A stretch of DNA of 64,000 nucleotides from Piscirickettsiaceae bacterium (GTDB taxonomy: Bacteria > Pseudomonadota > Gammaproteobacteria > Nitrosococcales > Methylophagaceae): the NCBI GenBank assembly GCA_013215825.1, contig JABSQN010000006.1, positions 37,099 through 101,098 on the forward strand, in the 5' to 3' direction. The notes under the pieces were generated by a model. It had not been told where the DNA came from and made no database searches. It saw only the letters and a list, made by a program, of their open reading frames with translations. Within the stretch, counting starts at the first letter, position 1. Every line of letters starts with the position of its first letter. This document shows, one piece after another, positions 40,566 to 50,686 of this stretch. The position numbers were made by a program, and so were the translations under genes.

Positions 40566-41588
40566 GTGAGTAAAAAAGTAGATATCGCCGTAGTCGGCGC
40601 GACGGGCGCTGTTGGAGAAGCAATGTTGGATATTTTGCACCAGCGAAAATTTCCTGTTGGAAAAATATATGCATTAGCAAGTGAGCGTTCAGCGGGAAGC
40701 TTGGTTAATTTTGGTAATAAATCATTGATTGTTGAAGATTTAGCCACATTTGATTTTTCTAAAGTACAAATTGGTTTGTTTTCGCCAGGTGCAAGTGTGT
40801 CAAAAGTCTATGCGCCGATTGCAGCAGAAGCAGGTTGTGTTGTTATTGATAATACCTCGGAATTTCGTTATGTCGATGATATTCCTCTAGTCGTTCCTGA
40901 AGTGAATCCGGATGCAATTGCAGATTATAAGAATCATGGCATCATTGCAAATCCAAACTGTTCAACTATCCAAATGATGGTGGCACTGAAGCCTATTTAT
41001 GATGCTGTTGGTATCACGCGAATTAATGTGTGTACTTATCAAGCTGTATCAGGCACAGGCAAGCCTGCCATGGATGAATTGGCTAAGCAGACCGCCTCAT
41101 TATTAAATGGACGTACGGTAGAATCTAATGTATATCCTAAACAAATAGCCTTTAATGTATTACCCCATATCGATGTGTTTGAAGATAATGGTTACACCAA
41201 AGAAGAAATGAAAATGGTGTGGGAAACCAAAAAGATCATGGGGGATGAATCGATTGAGGTAAATCCAACGGCTGTTCGAGTGCCTGTTTTTTATGGCCAT
41301 TCAGAAGCAATACATCTTGAAACCAAAGAGAAGATCACAGCAGCAGAAGCTAAAAAACTTTTAGAAGCGTTTGATGGCATTGTCGTGATTGATGAACATA
41401 CTGATGGTGGTTATCCGACTGCAGTAACAGATGCATCTGGTACTGATCCTGTTTATGTCGGTCGTATTCGTGAAGATATTTCACATCCAAGAGGCTTGAA
41501 CTTATGGGTGGTTGCAGATAACCTACGTAAAGGTGCGGCATTAAACAGTGTGCAAATTGCTGAAGTGTTACTTGAAAAATATTTATAA
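40566..41588 (+). CDS. asd: Aspartate-semialdehyde dehydrogenase
   Basis: VGATGAVG, active-site ANPNCSTIQM. GTG start. Confidence 0.93.
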   Translation: MSKKVDIAVVGATGAVGEAMLDILHQRKFPVGKIYALASERSAGSLVNFGNKSLIVEDLATFDFSKVQIGLFSPGASVSKVYAPIAAEAGCVVIDNTSEFRYVDDIPLVVPEVNPDAIADYKNHGIIANPNCSTIQMMVALKPIYDAVGITRINVCTYQAVSGTGKPAMDELAKQTASLLNGRTVESNVYPKQIAFNVLPHIDVFEDNGYTKEEMKMVWETKKIMGDESIEVNPTAVRVPVFYGHSEAIHLETKEKITAAEAKKLLEAFDGIVVIDEHTDGGYPTAVTDASGTDPVYVGRIREDISHPRGLNLWVVADNLRKGAALNSVQIAEVLLEKYL

Positions 41589-41630
41589 GTGTTAGGATGG
41601 AGCGATAGGATTTATTCAAAGGGGTTTGCT

Positions 41631-44078
41631 ATGAAAACTAAAATATTTGCCAGTATTGCTGTAATGAGTACATTAGGTTTTCTAGTCCCAATGCAAGCGC
41701 AGGCGTTTGGTTTAGGTAAAATTGAAACCTTATCTGCGTTAAATGAGCCTTTTAAAGCTGAGGTTGAAATAACAGCTTTACGTGCTGACGATGATATTAA
41801 TAATATTATCGTGCAATTAGCGTCTAACAAAGAATTTGAACGTGCAGGCTTAGAGCGCAGCTTTTTATTAACACAATTTAAATTTGATATTGTTGAATTA
41901 GCAGGTCAGACAAAAGTTGTTATTAGTTCTAAGTCTGTAGTGAAAGAACCTTTCCTCGATTTCTTGTTGATGGCTAAAACAGGTAGTGGTCGTCTAATTC
42001 GTGAATATACTGTATTACTAGATCCGCCGAAAAATATATTCCCTAAGAAAAAACTAGAAATAGCGGCAACAAGCATAGTAACAGCGAGTAAAAAACAACC
42101 TGAATATCAATATACTGCGCCAAGTCTAACAACGACAGATATAACGAGCTATACCACGGAACGAAGTGATACTTTGTGGCATATTGCGTTAAAAATAAGA
42201 CCTGAAAACTCAGTTTCTGTTCATCAAATGATGATGGCTTTATTGGAAGAAAATCCAAAGGCCTTTGTGAAAAAAAATATTAATGGTCTTAAAGCAGGTT
42301 ATACCTTATCGATACCTAATCGTGATGCGATCAATCAACTGTCTAGAAATCAAGCAGTGAATGCGGTCGGAGAACAAAATGACTTATGGAAAAATAGAAA
42401 TAAGAAATCGACAACCATTGATATAGCGGAAGATATTACTGAATCATCGACATCTTCAAATCTTGAGCAAGAACAAAAAACGACGGTTATAGATAGTAAT
42501 ACTGCAGTAGTAGCTGATGAAGTGACAGCACGGCTGCAACTCGTTGTGCCGGATGAGTTATTAGCTGACGATAGTGATTTATCGCCTTTAGGTGATAAGA
42601 AACTTACTGTTTTAAGTGAACAGTTGACATTAGCTCAAGAAACAATTGAAGGTCAAACACAAGAAAATATTGAAATTAATTCTCGTATGGATGTCATGGA
42701 GGAGCAAATTCAAACATTACGTCGCTTAATATCATTAAAAGATGCGGATTTAGCACGATTACAAAGCTTACTTGAAGAAGAGCAAGAAGTTTCATTAGAA
42801 AATCTAAGTGAAGAAGCCATAGCATTAGTTCAAGAAAGTGAAAAAGAGCAGCAAGAGGCGTTGTCTGTTACGAATACTGTTGATGAACAGATAGAAGAAC
42901 CTGTTGGTGTGTTAGAGCTGGCTGATATTTCATCATTAGATGATGCCATAGTTTATGCGGCAGAGTTGTCAGGCGTTGACAATGGTGAAATTCAAACAGT
43001 TATGAATAAAATAAAAACATTTGTCGCTGAAAATAGAATGGAAAGCATGCTGGGTGCTTTGCTTATATTACTTTTATTATGGTTAATAATACGACATGTC
43101 AATCGTCCAGGTATCGCATGGAGTGATGCCGTTGAAACAGTAGAAAAGAAAGCTAACGATCTGGAATTGGCTGCTGTTGTCATTTCTGAAGAGCACGCTG
43201 AAGACACGGGTAATGATGAAGAAGAGGTCTCGGTAGTTGATATTGAGCCAGGGAAAACAGTTGAAGATTTAATTAATGATGCTGATGTTTATGTTAACTA
43301 CGATGATCTCACAAATGCAAAATTAGTTTTGGAGCAGGCTCGATCTCAGGAGCCATCAAATGAGTTAGTATTACAAAAATTACTTCACGTTTTATATAAA
43401 CAACAACACGTCGATGAATTTGTTAGTTTAGCTGAAAATAATCAGTTTGATAAAAAATCATTAGCTTGGGCTGAAATTGTTAATTGGGGCCGTAAATTAG
43501 CACCAACACATATATTATTTAAACAAGAAGAAATTGTTGAAGTGGTTGGAACTGCTTCAGATGAGTCAGAAACGTTGGATCTTAATGAGACCTTCTTAGA
43601 AATAGAATCATCTGAACTTGAATTCAAGTTAGATGGGGTGGCAAGTTCTACTAATGATGAGATTTTATCCGTTGATGATTCTAATAACGATGAAGAATTA
43701 TTGCAAATTGATACTTTAAAACTTGATGAACCCTTATCACTAGATATTACGAGTGAGGGTGAAGAGCTAACATTGGATGATGCACCTTTAGTGTTAGATA
43801 GTGTGGAAAATAGTTCGTCTATTGAATTAGAAGAACTTGATGACATCGCCGAATTAGACAAAGCAACGGAAACCATATCAAAAGATGAAGATAATGATCT
43901 AGCGTTTGATTTAGATTTTGATGACATTGATGAAGTAGCCACTAAATTAGATCTCGCCTCTGCCTATGTGGACATGGGAGATGCTGACGGTGCGAGAAGT
44001 ATTTTAAACGAAGTATTAAGTGAAGGTAATGACGAGCAAAAAATGCAAGCTAAAACCTTGTTAGAGCAATTATCATAA
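41631..44078 (+). CDS. fimV: FimV/HubP-like polar scaffold (LysM, TM, acidic repeats, FimV C-terminal motif)
   Basis: Signal peptide; LysM-like YTTERSDTLWHIALKI; a central TM; long acidic low-complexity regions; and the C-terminal TKLDLASAYVDMGDADGARSILNEVL motif. Lies between asd and truA. The ATG is at 41631. Confidence 0.88.
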   Translation: MKTKIFASIAVMSTLGFLVPMQAQAFGLGKIETLSALNEPFKAEVEITALRADDDINNIIVQLASNKEFERAGLERSFLLTQFKFDIVELAGQTKVVISSKSVVKEPFLDFLLMAKTGSGRLIREYTVLLDPPKNIFPKKKLEIAATSIVTASKKQPEYQYTAPSLTTTDITSYTTERSDTLWHIALKIRPENSVSVHQMMMALLEENPKAFVKKNINGLKAGYTLSIPNRDAINQLSRNQAVNAVGEQNDLWKNRNKKSTTIDIAEDITESSTSSNLEQEQKTTVIDSNTAVVADEVTARLQLVVPDELLADDSDLSPLGDKKLTVLSEQLTLAQETIEGQTQENIEINSRMDVMEEQIQTLRRLISLKDADLARLQSLLEEEQEVSLENLSEEAIALVQESEKEQQEALSVTNTVDEQIEEPVGVLELADISSLDDAIVYAAELSGVDNGEIQTVMNKIKTFVAENRMESMLGALLILLLLWLIIRHVNRPGIAWSDAVETVEKKANDLELAAVVISEEHAEDTGNDEEEVSVVDIEPGKTVEDLINDADVYVNYDDLTNAKLVLEQARSQEPSNELVLQKLLHVLYKQQHVDEFVSLAENNQFDKKSLAWAEIVNWGRKLAPTHILFKQEEIVEVVGTASDESETLDLNETFLEIESSELEFKLDGVASSTNDEILSVDDSNNDEELLQIDTLKLDEPLSLDITSEGEELTLDDAPLVLDSVENSSSIELEELDDIAELDKATETISKDEDNDLAFDLDFDDIDEVATKLDLASAYVDMGDADGARSILNEVLSEGNDEQKMQAKTLLEQLS

Positions 44079-44079
44079 A

Positions 44080-44859
44080 GTGAGAGTTGCTTTAGGTGTT
44101 GAATATGATGGCACTGCCTTTTCTGGTTGGCAGGTGCAACCATCACAACGAACGGTACAAGGTTGTATCGAAGATGCATTAACAAAAGTTGCCAATCATC
44201 CGGTGAGAGTGGTCGCAGCAGGACGAACAGACTCTGGCGTTCATGCTTTACAACAAGTTATACATTTTGATACAAATGTGCAGCGTAATGAACGAAATTG
44301 GGTTCTAGGACTCAATTCTAATCTTCCTAAAGATATAAATATTACATGGGCAAGACCGGTTGATGATGATTTTAGTGCTCGATTTTCTGCTAAGAGTCGA
44401 AGCTATCGCTATGTGATATTTAATCGAATAGGACGCTCCGCAATTCATGCTAATCGTATGTGGTGGCTTTTTGCACCACTCGATGAACAAAAAATGCAGG
44501 CAGCGGCAGATCAGCTTGTCGGGCATCATGATTTTTCCGCATTCAGGGCGAAATTATGCCAAGCACATAGCCCGATTAAAACCGTTGAATCAATCAAGGT
44601 AACACGACAGGGTGATTGTATTGCTATTGATGTGAAAGCTCAGTCCTTTTTACATCATATGGTGCGCAATATAGTTGGGGTGTTAGTACCTATTGGTGAA
44701 GGGCGAAAACCGATTGAATGGGCGGGACAAGTATTAGAAAGTAAGGACCGCTCACAAGGAGGAATAACCTCGGCACCAGAAGGATTATATTTCGTTAATG
44801 TTGATTATCCTGAACAATATAAGCTGCCAACAGTGTCAGCTTTTCCTGTGGTCTGGTAA
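44080..44859 (+). CDS. truA: tRNA pseudouridine(38-40) synthase
   Basis: (V)RVALGVEYDGTAFSGWQ and catalytic GRTDSGVHA. GTG start. Confidence 0.94.
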   Translation: MRVALGVEYDGTAFSGWQVQPSQRTVQGCIEDALTKVANHPVRVVAAGRTDSGVHALQQVIHFDTNVQRNERNWVLGLNSNLPKDINITWARPVDDDFSARFSAKSRSYRYVIFNRIGRSAIHANRMWWLFAPLDEQKMQAAADQLVGHHDFSAFRAKLCQAHSPIKTVESIKVTRQGDCIAIDVKAQSFLHHMVRNIVGVLVPIGEGRKPIEWAGQVLESKDRSQGGITSAPEGLYFVNVDYPEQYKLPTVSAFPVVW

Positions 44860-44894
44860 AGTATCTAATTAGAACTTTTTCTCAGATAAAACAC

Positions 44895-45524
44895 ATGAGA
44901 ACACGCGTAAAAATTTGTGGTATCACACGTCGCCAAGATGCTGAATTTGCAGTTGAAATGGGTGCGGATGCCTTGGGGTTTGTCTTTTATTCACCGAGTC
45001 CTCGTGCAGTTACGATTGCGCAGGTAAAAGATATTATTGAAGGCTTGCCACCGTTTGTCAGTATTGTTGCTCTTTTTGTTGATGCATCAGCACAAGAGGT
45101 TAATAACTGTATAAATAAATTATCAATAGATATACTACAGTTCCATGGTGATGAGTCTGTGGAATATTGTGCACAGTTTAATAGGCCTTATTTAAAGGCA
45201 ATTAGAATGAAAGAAGGTGTTGAACTTACAGAATTAGCCGCGCGCTACTCATCAGCATCAGCATTATTATTAGATAGTTATCAACCAGGTGTGCCTGGCG
45301 GAACAGGACAGGCTTTCGATTGGTCGATGATTAAGGATATTGATAAACCAATTATCCTTGCTGGCGGCTTAACGGTTGATAATATTGCTATGGCAATAGA
45401 ACAAGTACAGCCTTATGCTGTGGATGTCAGCGGTGGCGTCGAACAGTCTAAAGGGATAAAAGAACAACAAAAGATACGCGCTTTTATGCACGAGGTAATG
45501 AATGGCGGAACAAATGGAAAATAA
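44895..45524 (+). CDS. trpF: Phosphoribosylanthranilate isomerase
   Basis: VKICGIT...GADALGFVF...LQFHGDE...LLDS...GGTG..FDW pattern. Confidence 0.92.
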   Translation: MRTRVKICGITRRQDAEFAVEMGADALGFVFYSPSPRAVTIAQVKDIIEGLPPFVSIVALFVDASAQEVNNCINKLSIDILQFHGDESVEYCAQFNRPYLKAIRMKEGVELTELAARYSSASALLLDSYQPGVPGGTGQAFDWSMIKDIDKPIILAGGLTVDNIAMAIEQVQPYAVDVSGGVEQSKGIKEQQKIRAFMHEVMNGGTNGK

Positions 45525-46722
45525 TTATTACGATAGTTATCCCGATGAAAACGGACATTTTGGCCAGTATGGTGGTCGTTTTGTTGGTGAAACATTGATG
45601 GAAGCGATCTATGCCTTAGAAAAAGCATATAACCGCTATAAAAATGATCCGGAATTCCAAGCTGAAATGGATAAAGATTTGGCTGATTTCGTTGGTCGAC
45701 CATCGCCACTTTATCATGCTGAAAACTGGAGCAAACGTTTAGGCGGTGCTCAGATTTATCTTAAACGTGAAGATTTGAACCACACCGGTGCACATAAAGT
45801 GAACAATACCATCGGACAAGCTTTATTAGCTAAGCGTATGGGTAAAACACGTATTATTGCTGAAACAGGTGCTGGTCAGCATGGAGTGGCAACGGCTACT
45901 GTTGCGGCCCGATTAGGTATCGAATGTGTTGTTTATATGGGTGCTGAAGACGTTCAACGCCAAGCTCAAAACGTGTATCGAATGAAATTGTTAGGTGCCA
46001 CCGTTATTCCTGTCGAATCAGGTTCTCGCACCTTAAAAGATGCATTAAATGAGGCCTTGCGTGATTGGGTAACAAATGTTGATGATACCTTTTATATTAT
46101 AGGTACTGTCGCTGGTCCGCATCCTTATCCTGAAATGGTCAGAGATTTCCAAACAATTATTGGCCGTGAAGCGCGTAGTCAGATATTGAAAGTGGCAGGT
46201 AGATTACCTGATGCATTGATTGCCTGTATTGGTGGCGGTTCAAATGCCATTGGTTTATTCCATCCATTTATTGGTGATGAATCAGTAGAAATGTACGGTG
46301 TTGAAGGAGCAGGCCATGGAATCGAAACTGGGGAGCATGCTGCACCACTATGTGCAGGAACACCAGGTGTATTGCATGGAAACCGTACGTATTTAATGCA
46401 AGATGACAATGGTCAAATTATTGAAACACATTCTATTTCAGCCGGTTTAGATTATCCAGGCGTAGGTCCTGAACATGCCTTGCTTAAAGATATTGGTCGT
46501 GCTAAATATGTATCAGTGACTGATGATGAAGCATTACAAGCCTTTCATGACCTAACACGCATTGAAGGTATTATTCCTGCATTAGAATCAAGCCATGCCT
46601 TAGCATATGTAACTAAGTTGGCACCGACGTTATCATCAGACAAAATTTTGATAGTTAATTTGTCAGGTCGTGGCGATAAAGATATGCACACTGTGGCCGC
46701 ATTGGCTGGTTTAAGTTTCTGA
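45502..46722 (+). CDS. trpB: Tryptophan synthase beta chain
   Basis: [11 protein letters not shown] (PLP lysine), [14 protein letters not shown]. Overlaps the trpF end by 23 nt. Confidence 0.96.
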   Translation: MAEQMENNYYDSYPDENGHFGQYGGRFVGETLMEAIYALEKAYNRYKNDPEFQAEMDKDLADFVGRPSPLYHAENWSKRLGGAQIYLKREDLNHTGAHKVNNTIGQALLAKRMGKTRIIAETGAGQHGVATATVAARLGIECVVYMGAEDVQRQAQNVYRMKLLGATVIPVESGSRTLKDALNEALRDWVTNVDDTFYIIGTVAGPHPYPEMVRDFQTIIGREARSQILKVAGRLPDALIACIGGGSNAIGLFHPFIGDESVEMYGVEGAGHGIETGEHAAPLCAGTPGVLHGNRTYLMQDDNGQIIETHSISAGLDYPGVGPEHALLKDIGRAKYVSVTDDEALQAFHDLTRIEGIIPALESSHALAYVTKLAPTLSSDKILIVNLSGRGDKDMHTVAALAGLSF

Positions 46723-46732
46723 GGGTTCGAAA

Positions 46733-47551
46733 GTGAGTCGTATTAGTCAATGTTTTGAAAAGTTAAAGGCTGATGGTCAAACAGCGCTTATTTCATATAT
46801 TACGGGTGGAGATCCTGAGCCGTGGGTGACCGTGCCAATGTTGCATGCCTTAGCGGATGCAGGCGCAGATATTCTTGAATTAGGTATTCCATTTTCAGAT
46901 CCAATGGCCGATGGTCCTGTTATTCAAAAAGCATGTGAACGTGCGTTGAAAAACAATACATCACTCCATGATGTGCTTGATATGGTGAGCCAGTTTAGAG
47001 AAAAAAATAAAGAAACACCTATTGTTTTAATGGGCTATGCTAATCCGTTAGAAGCCATGGGTTACAAAGATTTTGCACTAAAGGCTCAACAAGCAGGTGT
47101 TGATGGTGTGCTTACTGTTGATATGCCGCCAGAAGAATCTGAAGAGTTTTTATCCATTATGGATGAACATGAAATCGATACTATCTATTTGGTTGCGCCA
47201 ACGACATCGGCAGAGCGGATGGCTAAGATTGCATCTTATGCGCGTGGTTTTATTTATTATGTGTCGATTAAAGGTGTAACAGGTACAGCAAGTATTGATA
47301 TGACAGAAGTAACTGATAAACTATCAACTCTTCGACAAAATACCAACTTACCATTAGGTGTTGGTTTTGGTATTCGTGATGGTGCTTCAGCTGCAATGGT
47401 TTCTGAAGTGGCTGATGCGGTAGTCGTAGGTAGTGTATTAGTTAGATGTATCGAAGAACATACAGATAGGTTAGAAGAATTGCCAGCCGCTGTAGCGGGG
47501 TTATTGGCTGAAATGCGTCATGCAATTAATGCACGTGATATGCAAAAATAA
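46733..47551 (+). CDS. trpA: Tryptophan synthase alpha chain
   Basis: [18 protein letters not shown] and [10 protein letters not shown] motifs. GTG start. Confidence 0.95.
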   Translation: MSRISQCFEKLKADGQTALISYITGGDPEPWVTVPMLHALADAGADILELGIPFSDPMADGPVIQKACERALKNNTSLHDVLDMVSQFREKNKETPIVLMGYANPLEAMGYKDFALKAQQAGVDGVLTVDMPPEESEEFLSIMDEHEIDTIYLVAPTTSAERMAKIASYARGFIYYVSIKGVTGTASIDMTEVTDKLSTLRQNTNLPLGVGFGIRDGASAAMVSEVADAVVVGSVLVRCIEEHTDRLEELPAAVAGLLAEMRHAINARDMQK

Positions 47552-47576
47552 ACAAATTAAGACTATAGGTGAAAGC

Positions 47577-48434
47577 ATGAGTTGGTTTGAAAAATTAATT
47601 CCATCAAAAATTCGTACAACAGTCCGTAATAGATCCGTACCAGAGGGTGTTTGGTGCAAATGTCCGGCCTGCGACAGTGTACTGTATCGTGCGGAACTAG
47701 AGCGTAACTTACATGTTTGTCCTAAATGTGATCATCATCAACGGATTAATGCTCGCACACGTCTAGAAAGCTTTTTAGATGAAGGTGAAAAGCAAGAAAT
47801 TGCAGCCAATCTAAAACCTATTGATACCTTAAAATTTAAAGACAGTAAAAAATATAAAGATCGTATTCAGCAAGCCCAAAAGAAGACGGGTGAAAATGAT
47901 GCTTTATTAGCGATGGAAGGTAAAATTAATGATGTTGCGGTCATTGCAGTGTCTTTTGATTTTACCTTTATGGGCGGCTCAATGGGCGCTGTTGTCGGGG
48001 AAAAATTTGTCCGTGCAGCACAAATAGCCTTAGATAAAAACCTCCCACTTATTTGCTTTTCTGCAAGTGGTGGTGCGCGTATGCAAGAAGGTTTGTTTTC
48101 ATTGATGCAAATGGCAAAAACAAGTGCTATTTTGGCTCAACTTAGTAAAGCGGGTGTCCCCTTTATTTCAGTTCTTACTGATCCTACAATGGGTGGCGTA
48201 TCTGCAAGCTTAGCAATGTTAGGTGATATTAATGTCGCCGAGCCTAAAGCTCTAATCGGTTTTGCAGGGCCAAGAGTCATAGAACAAACTGTTCGTGAAA
48301 CACTGCCAGAAGGTTTCCAGCGAAGTGAGTTCTTAGTCGAACATGGCGCAGTAGATATGATTATTGATCGGCGGGATATGCGCGATCGTTTAGCAAGTTT
48401 ACTCTCGATGATGCAGAAGCATACAGTTAATTAA
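47577..48434 (+). CDS. accD: Acetyl-CoA carboxylase carboxyltransferase beta subunit
   Basis: MSWFEKL..., zinc ribbon CPACDSVLY...CPKCDHH, and the carboxyltransferase domain. The ATG at 47577 avoids overlap with trpA. Confidence 0.95.
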   Translation: MSWFEKLIPSKIRTTVRNRSVPEGVWCKCPACDSVLYRAELERNLHVCPKCDHHQRINARTRLESFLDEGEKQEIAANLKPIDTLKFKDSKKYKDRIQQAQKKTGENDALLAMEGKINDVAVIAVSFDFTFMGGSMGAVVGEKFVRAAQIALDKNLPLICFSASGGARMQEGLFSLMQMAKTSAILAQLSKAGVPFISVLTDPTMGGVSASLAMLGDINVAEPKALIGFAGPRVIEQTVRETLPEGFQRSEFLVEHGAVDMIIDRRDMRDRLASLLSMMQKHTVN

Positions 48435-48436
48435 CG

Positions 48437-49714
48437 ATGCGATTTCAGAACCTCCCACAGTGGTTGAGGTGGCAGGAAAATTTACATTTTACAGATGTTG
48501 ATCCAGGACTTGAGCGTGTGGGACAAGTATGGCAACAGCTTAGAGAAAAGTCGCATTTACCTTTTACCGTAATTACTGTCGCGGGTACCAATGGCAAAGG
48601 CTCGTCAGTGGCGATGCTGGAGTCTATTTTACGTGCGGCTGGTTATCGTACTGGCACATATACATCTCCTCATTTATTACGTTATAACGAACGTATTTGT
48701 GTTGATGGGGCACCATGTTCTGATCAGCTTATTTGTGATGCTTTTGATCGCATTGATCAGGCACGGGCTGAAATTTCACTCACCTACTTTGAATTTGCAA
48801 CATTAGCCGCAGTTGATATTTTTTGTGAGAAAAATATAGATATCGCTATTTTAGAAGTGGGTATGGGCGGGCGATTGGATGCTGTTAATTTATTTGATGC
48901 AGATATTGCATTAATTACACCGATAAGTCTCGATCATACCGCCTGGTTAGGTACAAACCGAGAACAAATTGCTTATGAAAAAGCGGGGATAATACGTGCG
49001 GGAAAGCCTGTTGTATGCTCAGAGAGCACACCAGCGACAAGTCTCCTTGAGCATGCACAATCATTACAAGCCCCTGTTTATATGGCTGAAGAAGCCTTTC
49101 ATATAAGTAAAGAGAATGAATGCTGGAATTGGTCTAGTGAAAGGGTCCGCTGGCATAATCTACCTTATCCAGCACTTGTCGGTTCCTATCAAGTACAAAA
49201 TGCAGCTGCCGTATTACAAGTGATCGCCTTATTAATAAAACAAGACTATACGGTGTCACAAGAAAGTATTGAATCAGGACTGAAATCAGTTCAGCTCGCG
49301 GGTCGTTTCCAACAGGTAAAGGGTGATGTTGAACTTATCTATGATGTGACTCATAATCAGCAAGGCGCTGAAAACTTAGCAAACTTATTGCAAGAAAACA
49401 CCTGTGAAGGTAAGACTATTGCTGTACTTGGTATGTTGAAAGATAAAAATGTTACTAGTGTTGTTACAGCATTAAAAGATAATGTAGATATTTGGTATGT
49501 GGCAGGGCTGGAAACAGATCGAGGTATGACAGTAGAAGACTTGGCCTTACAATTATCTGCTATTCTAGATGCCGACAAAATAAAGAAATACGATACAATA
49601 CATTTAGCCTATAAACAGGCAAAAAATAATACTTTAGCAGGAGATAGGATATTAATTTTTGGATCTTTTTTGACTGTTCAATCAATTACTATGTTAAATC
49701 AATTGAATAAATAG
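48437..49714 (+). CDS. folC: Dihydrofolate/folylpolyglutamate synthase
   Basis: P-loop VAGTNGKGS and the Mur-ligase family layout. Position after accD. Confidence 0.92.
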   Translation: MRFQNLPQWLRWQENLHFTDVDPGLERVGQVWQQLREKSHLPFTVITVAGTNGKGSSVAMLESILRAAGYRTGTYTSPHLLRYNERICVDGAPCSDQLICDAFDRIDQARAEISLTYFEFATLAAVDIFCEKNIDIAILEVGMGGRLDAVNLFDADIALITPISLDHTAWLGTNREQIAYEKAGIIRAGKPVVCSESTPATSLLEHAQSLQAPVYMAEEAFHISKENECWNWSSERVRWHNLPYPALVGSYQVQNAAAVLQVIALLIKQDYTVSQESIESGLKSVQLAGRFQQVKGDVELIYDVTHNQQGAENLANLLQENTCEGKTIAVLGMLKDKNVTSVVTALKDNVDIWYVAGLETDRGMTVEDLALQLSAILDADKIKKYDTIHLAYKQAKNNTLAGDRILIFGSFLTVQSITMLNQLNK

Positions 49715-49723
49715 GGCTATACG

Positions 49724-50629
49724 ATGGATTTAGCTCACATACTCGTCGTTGATGACGAACCTCTTTATCTAGACTTAATTGGTGAATATTTAGCTGAAAT
49801 TGAGGCCGAAATTAGTTTTGCTAATGATGGGGAGGAGGCATGGGCATTACTTAAAAGTGACCCAAATAAGTTTGATGTGATTTTATTGGATCGAAAAGTA
49901 CCTGGAATAACAGGGATGGATGTATTAAAAAACATATCAAATCATCCTGATTTAAAAGAATGTCCTGTTATTATGTTGACGGCAATGTCCACCGAGCATG
50001 AAATATCTGAAGGAATTAGTGCGGGTGCTTACTACTATTTAACTAAGCCATTTAAGGCCGGTACGTTATTATCGATAGTAAAATCTGCAATAAACACTCG
50101 CAGAAACAAACAAATATTACAAACAGAATTGGATGAATTATCTCGACCAATTACGAATATTCATCAAGCAGAATTTGGCTTTAGAACATTACAAGAAGCG
50201 CGTGATTTGGCCGCATTTATTGCTCAAATGTGCCATGATTCAAAAAAAATCATTATGGGATTATCAGAACTATTTATTAATGCCGTTGAGCATGGAAATT
50301 TAGAAATTACTTATGATGACAAAACAAGATTAAATAATGAAGGGCGATGGGAACAAGAAGTTGAAAATCGTTTGCAACAAGATAAGTATCAAGATAGAGA
50401 AGTGACTGTTGTATTTACCACTGATGAATCGGGCCATCATATTACGATAAAGGATGAAGGTGCTGGTTTCTTTTGGGATAATTATTTGACGATATCGTTA
50501 GAGAGAGTAACAGATAATCATGGTCGTGGTATTGCTCTAGCCGCTAAGTCTGGCTTTGATAAAATTGAATATCGTGGTTGTGGTAATGAGGTTTATCTAT
50601 TTATAGCATCAGGAGTTTCAAGCGACTAA
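49724..50629 (+). CDS. Response-regulator receiver fused to an RsbW/SpoIIAB-like GHKL ATPase domain
   Basis: REC: ILVVDDE...DVILLDRKVPG...LTKPF. C-terminal half: N-box ELFINAVEHGN, G1 IKDEGAGF, G2 HGRGIALA. Confidence 0.8.
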   Translation: MDLAHILVVDDEPLYLDLIGEYLAEIEAEISFANDGEEAWALLKSDPNKFDVILLDRKVPGITGMDVLKNISNHPDLKECPVIMLTAMSTEHEISEGISAGAYYYLTKPFKAGTLLSIVKSAINTRRNKQILQTELDELSRPITNIHQAEFGFRTLQEARDLAAFIAQMCHDSKKIIMGLSELFINAVEHGNLEITYDDKTRLNNEGRWEQEVENRLQQDKYQDREVTVVFTTDESGHHITIKDEGAGFFWDNYLTISLERVTDNHGRGIALAAKSGFDKIEYRGCGNEVYLFIASGVSSD

Positions 50630-50648
50630 GTATTGAACACTATTTGAT

Positions 50649-50679
50649 AGAGGAATATAGGGAGAGAGCATATTCCTCT
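50649..50679. terminator. Hairpin between the convergent response-regulator and acyl-CoA synthetase genes
   Basis: 10-bp perfect stem AGAGGAATAT / ATATTCCTCT with an 11-nt loop. A T-rich tract follows. Confidence 0.5.
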
Positions 50680-50686
50680 ATTTTCT

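Noticed and set aside
43442-43942. 166-aa Ser-rich ORF on the minus strand.
   Set aside because: It is antisense to the acidic (Asp/Glu-rich, GAA/GAT-rich) low-complexity region of fimV. The Ser/Ile/Phe bias is the mirror image of that composition, so it is an artefact.
41589-44078. Repetitive acidic segments of fimV considered as a tandem repeat or CRISPR-like structure.
   Set aside because: The repetition is compositional (E/D/L/S-rich coding low complexity) within one continuous reading frame. There are no regularly spaced identical DNA repeats.
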